NCBI RefSeq assembly: GCF_009914755.1
Contig: NC_060930.1
Reading direction: 5' to 3' (one strand)
Origin: the human T2T-CHM13v2.0 reference genome, Homo sapiens
Length of the DNA stretch: 64,000 bases
Shown: positions 57,160 through 64,000 of the stretch, in pieces
How positions within the stretch are numbered: position 1 is the stretch's first letter
How the letters are laid out: the number at the start of each line of letters is the position of its first letter
Translations under genes and position numbers: made by a program
Notes under the pieces: model-generated
Told to the model about the DNA's origin: nothing
The model's database searches: none
Seen by the model: the letters and a program-made list of their open reading frames with translations, nothing else

Positions 57160-57370
57160 TCATACCCATGGGTCTGTCAGTGATTTCTAGAACACTGTAT
57201 TTCATATTTTTTCTTTTTAAAAAGAATTACATGAGTTACACTTAACAGCAATTTCTCAACAGATTGTAGGAGCAATTAGCATGACCTGGTTTGGATCCTA
57301 ATCTGATGCACTCTGATTACATATGATTATAAACACGTTTGGGTTAACTCACTTAAAAATGGGCAATCTC

Positions 57371-57699
<329 letters not shown>

Positions 57700-57701
57700 T
57701 C

Positions 57702-57890
57702 AAGGGTGGGAGGAATGAGGAGTGTTTAATGGGAACAGAGCTTCAGTTTGGGATGATGAAAACGTCGCGGAGATGGCGGTGGTGGTGGCTGCCCAATGTG
57801 AATATACTTAATGCCGCTGAACTGTGCACTTAAAAATGGTTAAAACTGAAAAATCTTACGCACATTTCACCATCACATAAAAAAAAGCAG
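57702..57890 (+). mobile_element. L1MB 3' end
   Basis: gtttaatggg.acagag.ttcagtttgggatgatgaaaa, acttaatgcc.ctgaactgt.cacttaaaaatggttaaaa, A tail. Confidence 0.8.
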
Positions 57891-59871
57891 AAACAATTTT
57901 TTAAAGGGCAAACTGCTAGCTCTTGAAGAGTTGGTTCTCTTCACCCAAAACTTTACCTTTTAGTAACAGTAAAAATAAACGTCAGCTTTGTCATATTTTC
58001 TCCCCTTTGCTTCTGCACTTGCAGAAAAATTACGGACACCCTTCCCCTCAGTTGTGAAAATACACTTGGGAACAGAAACATTAAGTTTTCTTGGGCTCAA
58101 ACACACCCTCAAACACAAGATAAATTAAAAACAAGGCAAACTTCAGCCAGACATGAGGACCTGCTCTTGGCACCGCTCCGAGACCTGTGTTCATGATCTG
58201 TGAGATTCCACTCCGCCCAGAAAACAGCTTGCCCCTGGCCGCCCAAGCTCTGTCACACCCGTGATTTCCCAGCAGTAAATAAAAACTGCCAAGCTCCCTG
58301 GGACCCCCATTTCCTGCGAGCCCTCCCTTACCTTTCTGAGGAACAGTCTCTGCAGCTTCTTGTGTGGCAGCCTGATCATCATGATGCACTCCCCAGGTCC
58401 CGGGGGCCGGGCTCCCCTTGCCGTCCAGCCATTCTGCCAGGGCAGCCGCCACTCCTTTTATCACCTTGTGGGCTGCTGCGCCCGTCCTCGTCACCAGGCA
58501 GCCACCCCGCACACCTCCTCTTCCCTCCCCTCACCCCTCTCCAGGCAGCCACAGATTCCCAAGCCGGGAGTCCTGCCCCTCACAGGCACCAGCTGTGAGT
58601 TGAAAAAACTCTGGCTGCAGACAAAACCCCCGCTTTGCAAACTCAGAAGCAAAGGAGAGAAGCTGAGAAAACCTCAGCCCCGAGGCTGGCCATCTCCTCT
58701 GATGAGAATGCGAAGTTACTCATGCTGCTCCGAATCCCAGCAGGCTGGAACACAACATCTGGCAGAAGCCGGCAAAGCAGAAGCGTCACTTAGAGGCAAT
58801 CAAATGTCAGAAACCATCAAAGACACTCTGAGGGGCAGGCCTGAGGTCCTCCTCAACGCACACCTGCCCCCACTTGCCCACAGCCAGGCTGGCAACGTGC
58901 CTTAGCAGTGCATGAAAAGACACTTCGGTCCTTCTCTGTGTCATTTAAACTGAAAGGAGGAGGCAGGCGTAGGAGGAAGGTGAATGAAAATGGTTGCTTA
59001 TTTCTTTAGGTGGCGCTGGGTCAGTGAATGCACACCAAGGGTGCGAGGATGTCATCACCCTGTATTACCCCTCCAGATGATGCCTCCGCCCCAGAGACAC
59101 AGGCACGTGCACATGCATGCACGTTCTCTCTACAAGCTTTTCCCGGGCTAACTCGGAATATGTCCTCTCTGGCTAACATAAACATTTGCTTTGTTTTCCT
59201 GATCAAAACTGAATTCCCATGTTTCCAGAACATCAGCCCCTTTCTTGCTTTCACTTGCCATGGAGCCCTGCCTTGGTTCTGCCAGAAGCGTCCAGGGCTC
59301 CGTGTGATTGGCAGCTGCTGAGTACAGGCGGCAGGTTCAGAGTCAGACCCAGGACACTGGCGGAGTTTCCTTTGTTTACTGGTATAGCTTCTTGTTAATA
59401 CATAAATAGCTTTCTCCTCTGAAAACCTACAGATGCAACAGAAGAGACCTACCAACTGACAATCGCCTTCGAGGTGACAGACAATAGAGGCCACGGCTAA
59501 GGATGCAGGTGTGGAAATAAACAGATATAAAAACACAGGACTTGAAAAGAAGGAAGCAAAGGCAAAGAGGAAATTTAAGACTGAAATGGACAGAAATGAC
59601 CTTGATTTAGGGTAGTGCATTGCTAAAAGACGGGGCCCTGTCCATCCCTTCCTTACTCCAAGACATTGAGATAAAGAATATTTCCTTCCCAATCAGACAG
59701 AAATAGTTGAAGTGCAATCGTCCTTTCTCCAGTGGTTGCTATTTCAGGAAATGGGTTCTACCAAAACAACTTTTCACCCATTTCGTGGCTTCCAGAGCAC
59801 ACATGGCGTATGTTCTTTCCCTTGAATGCAGAGCTGATTAAAACTCATTTATCCAGGTCAATGTTGCATTC

Positions 59872-59910
59872 GTGTGTGTGTGTGTGTGCACATGTGTGTG
59901 CCTGTGTGTG
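59872..59910. repeat. (TG)n microsatellite, interrupted
   Basis: Direct reading. Confidence 0.85.
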
Positions 59911-61826
59911 CAGGTCTGCGTCTACACAGATACATACATACTTCAGGTAAATAACAACTGAAAGGAGCTTTGGTCAGTCCTTCAGAGGGACTTTCTAAGG
60001 GATCATTTTTATTAACCCTACTTTCCACTATGGGAACTTTATTAAGAACCTATAATGTAACATTTTTAGAAACACATGCCATACATCTGCCATTATATAC
60101 ACATTTTTTTCTATTCTGGAGCCGTTGGCAAATATTACTTCTAAGCAGAACGGTCACACTTCTGAGCTGTTACTTTGAGAATAGAGCACGGTTTGTTCAC
60201 AGGCCAAGTTATGGCAACAGAAGAAAATGCCTCTGTCTTCCAAAATTTCTCAATTACCTTTTGCTACTTTTGCTGGCCCAAAATAATAACACGGGGAGAT
60301 TAATAGAAAATAAGGCTCTTTCTAGTCTCACGAAATTTCGTCTCTGTGATTTTATGTGAGTCTCAGCACTGCTGGTGTGTTTCAGCCTTGACTTCTCTCT
60401 GTGAAATCATCAGGAGCTTTAAAACAATCCCAGTTCTATTTCTTTTCTCCAAAATGAATCCACATCCACATTTCACCTCTTTGAAAATGCTGGATCTTAA
60501 AATATATGTGCAGCCTTTCACAGAAATAGGCACTCCTGCTTCCTGGAAACACACTGCTGGCGTCTTCTCATACCGTCTACCGCTGGCTGCAGCCTCAGCT
60601 CCTGCGGAAGACACAGCCGCAGCCGAGTCCGTATCCTCGCCCAGCGGTCAACGCAGCGCCGTTCCCACCATTGTACAGAGAGGTTTGTGCTTGGTGAAGC
60701 CCTACTGCAGGGGATTTCTGAGTGTCGAAGGAGGACAATATAAAATATTTTCCTGAAAACTTAACTCTGTGGTCCTTCACAAATACTTTGTTTTAATTTT
60801 AAAATATGTAGTATTCAGGCTTGATTGAGATTTAGAAATTTTTACTAAATTTTTGTTTGAGGGTGTGGTGTTGGGGCCCTGGTATTGTTTCAAATACACA
60901 GGAATAAAAACGGAAGGTTTCTTTTGGCTATCTGTAACCTATTCATTCGGTTGGCAAAGATGCGTAGCTCATGTAGGGCAATGTTCCCAGCTTAGGCAAA
61001 TCAGGGGCACCTGGGGAATGGCGATTTGGAGAGAGGAAGGTGGGCTCATTCTGGTGAACAAATATTTCCTTAGGTAATTTTGCACACAGAGTAAAAGTGA
61101 AAGGCTTCTTAAGAAATTGTGTTTACAATTGTATAAACATCTTCTTTCGAGGATATATTGAGCTGGTCTAATCTCCAAAGGAAAAATACCCAAGTCAAGC
61201 AAAGCAATTGAACTACATCGAAGATGAACTCACCAAAGCGATCTACTGAATGTCAAAGTGATAAGATCATCGCACAGAGTATGTGGGCACCGCCCCCACC
61301 CCCATCGCGGTCTGGTTTGAGACTGTGAGGACTCCAGGTTGATTCTATCGCTCCTGGCAACAGGAAACTAGCATAGGTTAGATCAGTGCAAGCCACGGAA
61401 AGCTTGAAAATGGCTCGGCCAAAAATGCTCATCTTTCCTGCACCACATATTTTGCTGGAATCGCTTGAAATAGCCTGCTCACTGGCAATCCCTCTTCCCA
61501 TTTCCAACCTGATGGCAACGTGCATGGATACTGAGTTGGGGAAAGAAGAATCGGATGGGGGAAATGGAGGCACAAAGGGTCCGAATAATCCTCACCTACA
61601 GTCATTTGGGTTTTGGTATCTGTATTTACAGTTATCCTAAATACAATTCAATCCAAACTTCCATAAGAATTAAAAGGAAATTTTCCAGGACTTGGTACTT
61701 TTGAAAGTGCATTAGCAAAATAAATCAGGCCTTTGGTCTCTGGCTAAATGGTGGTCATGTGAGAGCTAGTGGGTTTGCAATGGAAACCCTTCATTCTTAA
61801 TGGCATTTAATTGCAGGTGGATGTGA

Positions 61827-62255
<429 letters not shown>

Positions 62256-63139
62256 TGAAAAGCAGCTATTACTGTGTATTGGCTATGGCTTTAAAAGCAT
62301 TGCTATTGTTGACAGGTGAGCATCCACCTTCCAGCAGCAGAACCAAAACGCTCACACAATTCAGCCCAAAGAATAAACAACCACGACACAGCGGAAAGCA
62401 TCTGTTTCGTGTTTCCATTAGACCATCAGCGTCTCAGCCTGGAAGCAATATTTTGTGTCTTCCTCTGAAAAACCTAGTAGTTCACTTCCATATCTTTGGA
62501 CCCATAGAGAATCAGACGGATGATTTTAGCCTGTGTTGAAGACATCACTGGGAGTGAGTTGTACCTTTCCCCTTCCTAGGCCCCGGGGAGATAGGAAGGT
62601 GGGACCGCACGGCTGTGTCCTCCCCATTGGGAATGGAGTGGAAGGGAAGTGTCTCCTCGCATTTGAGGCAGCGTTGAAGGCGCAAGTTATCCCCTGCACC
62701 CCAGTCTCATGGTGAGAACAAAGAGCCCAGGGAGGGTAAAGCTCCAGATGGGGCAGCCTCGTCTCCCAGCCCCCTGGACCTCCCAGAAAGTGGCCGAGGA
62801 TAACCCTGCCTGTGACCTCATGGAAAAGAAGCCTTGCAGACAGGAGTGAGAAGCAGGCTCTATCACGTGGAGGCCCTGGTGTCACCACAGAGGTACATGG
62901 TCTGTCCCACCTGGACCAAGACAAGTGGCAGAAACCTTAGGTACTGGTTTCACCAAAAGGAAACTGAGGCCCAAAGAGGCCACACATCCCAGGCACTAGG
63001 ACAGTGGTGTCCCTGCGTCCTCCCCTCCCTCAGTCTCCCCACATTTTACCACATTCTCCCTCAGACGCAAAACCGAATCATGGCCTCTCTTTACCGCTCA
63101 GCCATGTCAGCTCAACCTTAGCACCGTTCAAAGCAATTG

Positions 63140-63216
63140 GTATGCATGTGTGTGTTCATGCAGTGTGCGTGTGTGTGTTTGTATGTCTATGCGCATATGT
63201 GTGTGTGTGTGCATGT
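63140..63216. repeat. Degenerate (TG)n
   Basis: Direct reading. Confidence 0.85.
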
Positions 63217-64000
63217 TAAACGGAGGACGGAATATGAAGTTCAAATTCCCCCACGGCACCTGGCGTAGTCCCTGGCACATGGAGTGTGTAAAGTCATGTT
63301 CTTAAGTGAAAGTATCTTGGGAAACTGGCCTCATTTTCCCTTACGCAGCTGATCTCGAATCACACAGGATCTCGCACTGGGCTGTAAGCCGGCACCAGGG
63401 TTACAACCTGCTGTGCACCACGGTCCCTGAGAGACTCAGCCTCACATGAAAGTCCTGTTTGCTCCCAGTTCACAGGTAAATAAATCAACAGCTCCACGGA
63501 GAAAGAATAGCACCTTCCCATCCTGTCCACTCCCAGGAAACGACCTTCACTTCTGCCCCGACTTCTGGGAGCCAACAAGGAAAGCGGAGCAAGCCATGAC
63601 CCTGAGCCTTGCACCACGAGATTTGAGGCCTGTGGGCACCGAGGCTACTGCAGAGCACAGGTGGAAACACAGGTACATAGGTGACTCTCCGTAGGTCAAA
63701 GAAACGGTTTCACATGCTTCTGTGATAACAGCTGCAAGCATGAATAAAGTTCAGTTTCCTTTGGAAGGCATTGATGGTTTCAGCAGCTCTCCTCAATGCG
63801 TGGATAGCAAAAATATAGCTACTACAAGGTGGGGTCTGTGATTTATTGTTATTACATTTCCAACAGAGTCTTAAGCTAAAAATATTTGGGACCCAGTAAC
63901 TGAGAAGTCCTAGCAGTAGTATCAGGATCACAGAAGGAACCACATTTCCTGCCTTACAGGTTTGGTTTCCAGACTTAGCTGAAGCCTGTTAGATGGCATT

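Noticed and set aside
59021-59692. 223-aa minus-strand ORF
   Set aside because: Non-ATG start, no recognisable homology or exon structure.

Overview
Human, repeat-rich, apparently non-protein-coding genomic DNA. An intact AluYb9 indicates Homo. The 142-aa ORF at 1008-1436 resembles, from memory only and unverified, the putative FLJ44881/LINC01879 product at 18q23. No convincing protein-coding gene is visible. The window holds about 13 Alu/FLAM copies, old L1/L2/MIR remnants, MaLR/ERV LTRs and MER/Tigger DNA transposons. The dominant feature is a ~5.65 kb, 16-bp-unit C-rich minisatellite (44953-50599, ~350 units). It produces three overlapping ~1,900-aa Pro-rich ORFs, carries the PRDM9 13-mer CCNCCNTNNCCNC in roughly half its units, has a G-quadruplex-prone minus strand and a 768-bp higher-order duplication, and is bracketed by a ~133-bp direct repeat. 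Three separate local templated-insertion/template-switch scars, a very young AluYb9, a tiny polyadenylated retrocopy and several enhancer-like unique blocks were also found. I see no firm evidence of a new biological system; the VNTR complex is the best candidate for follow-up. Repeat subfamily names come from recalled consensus sequences, not a search.
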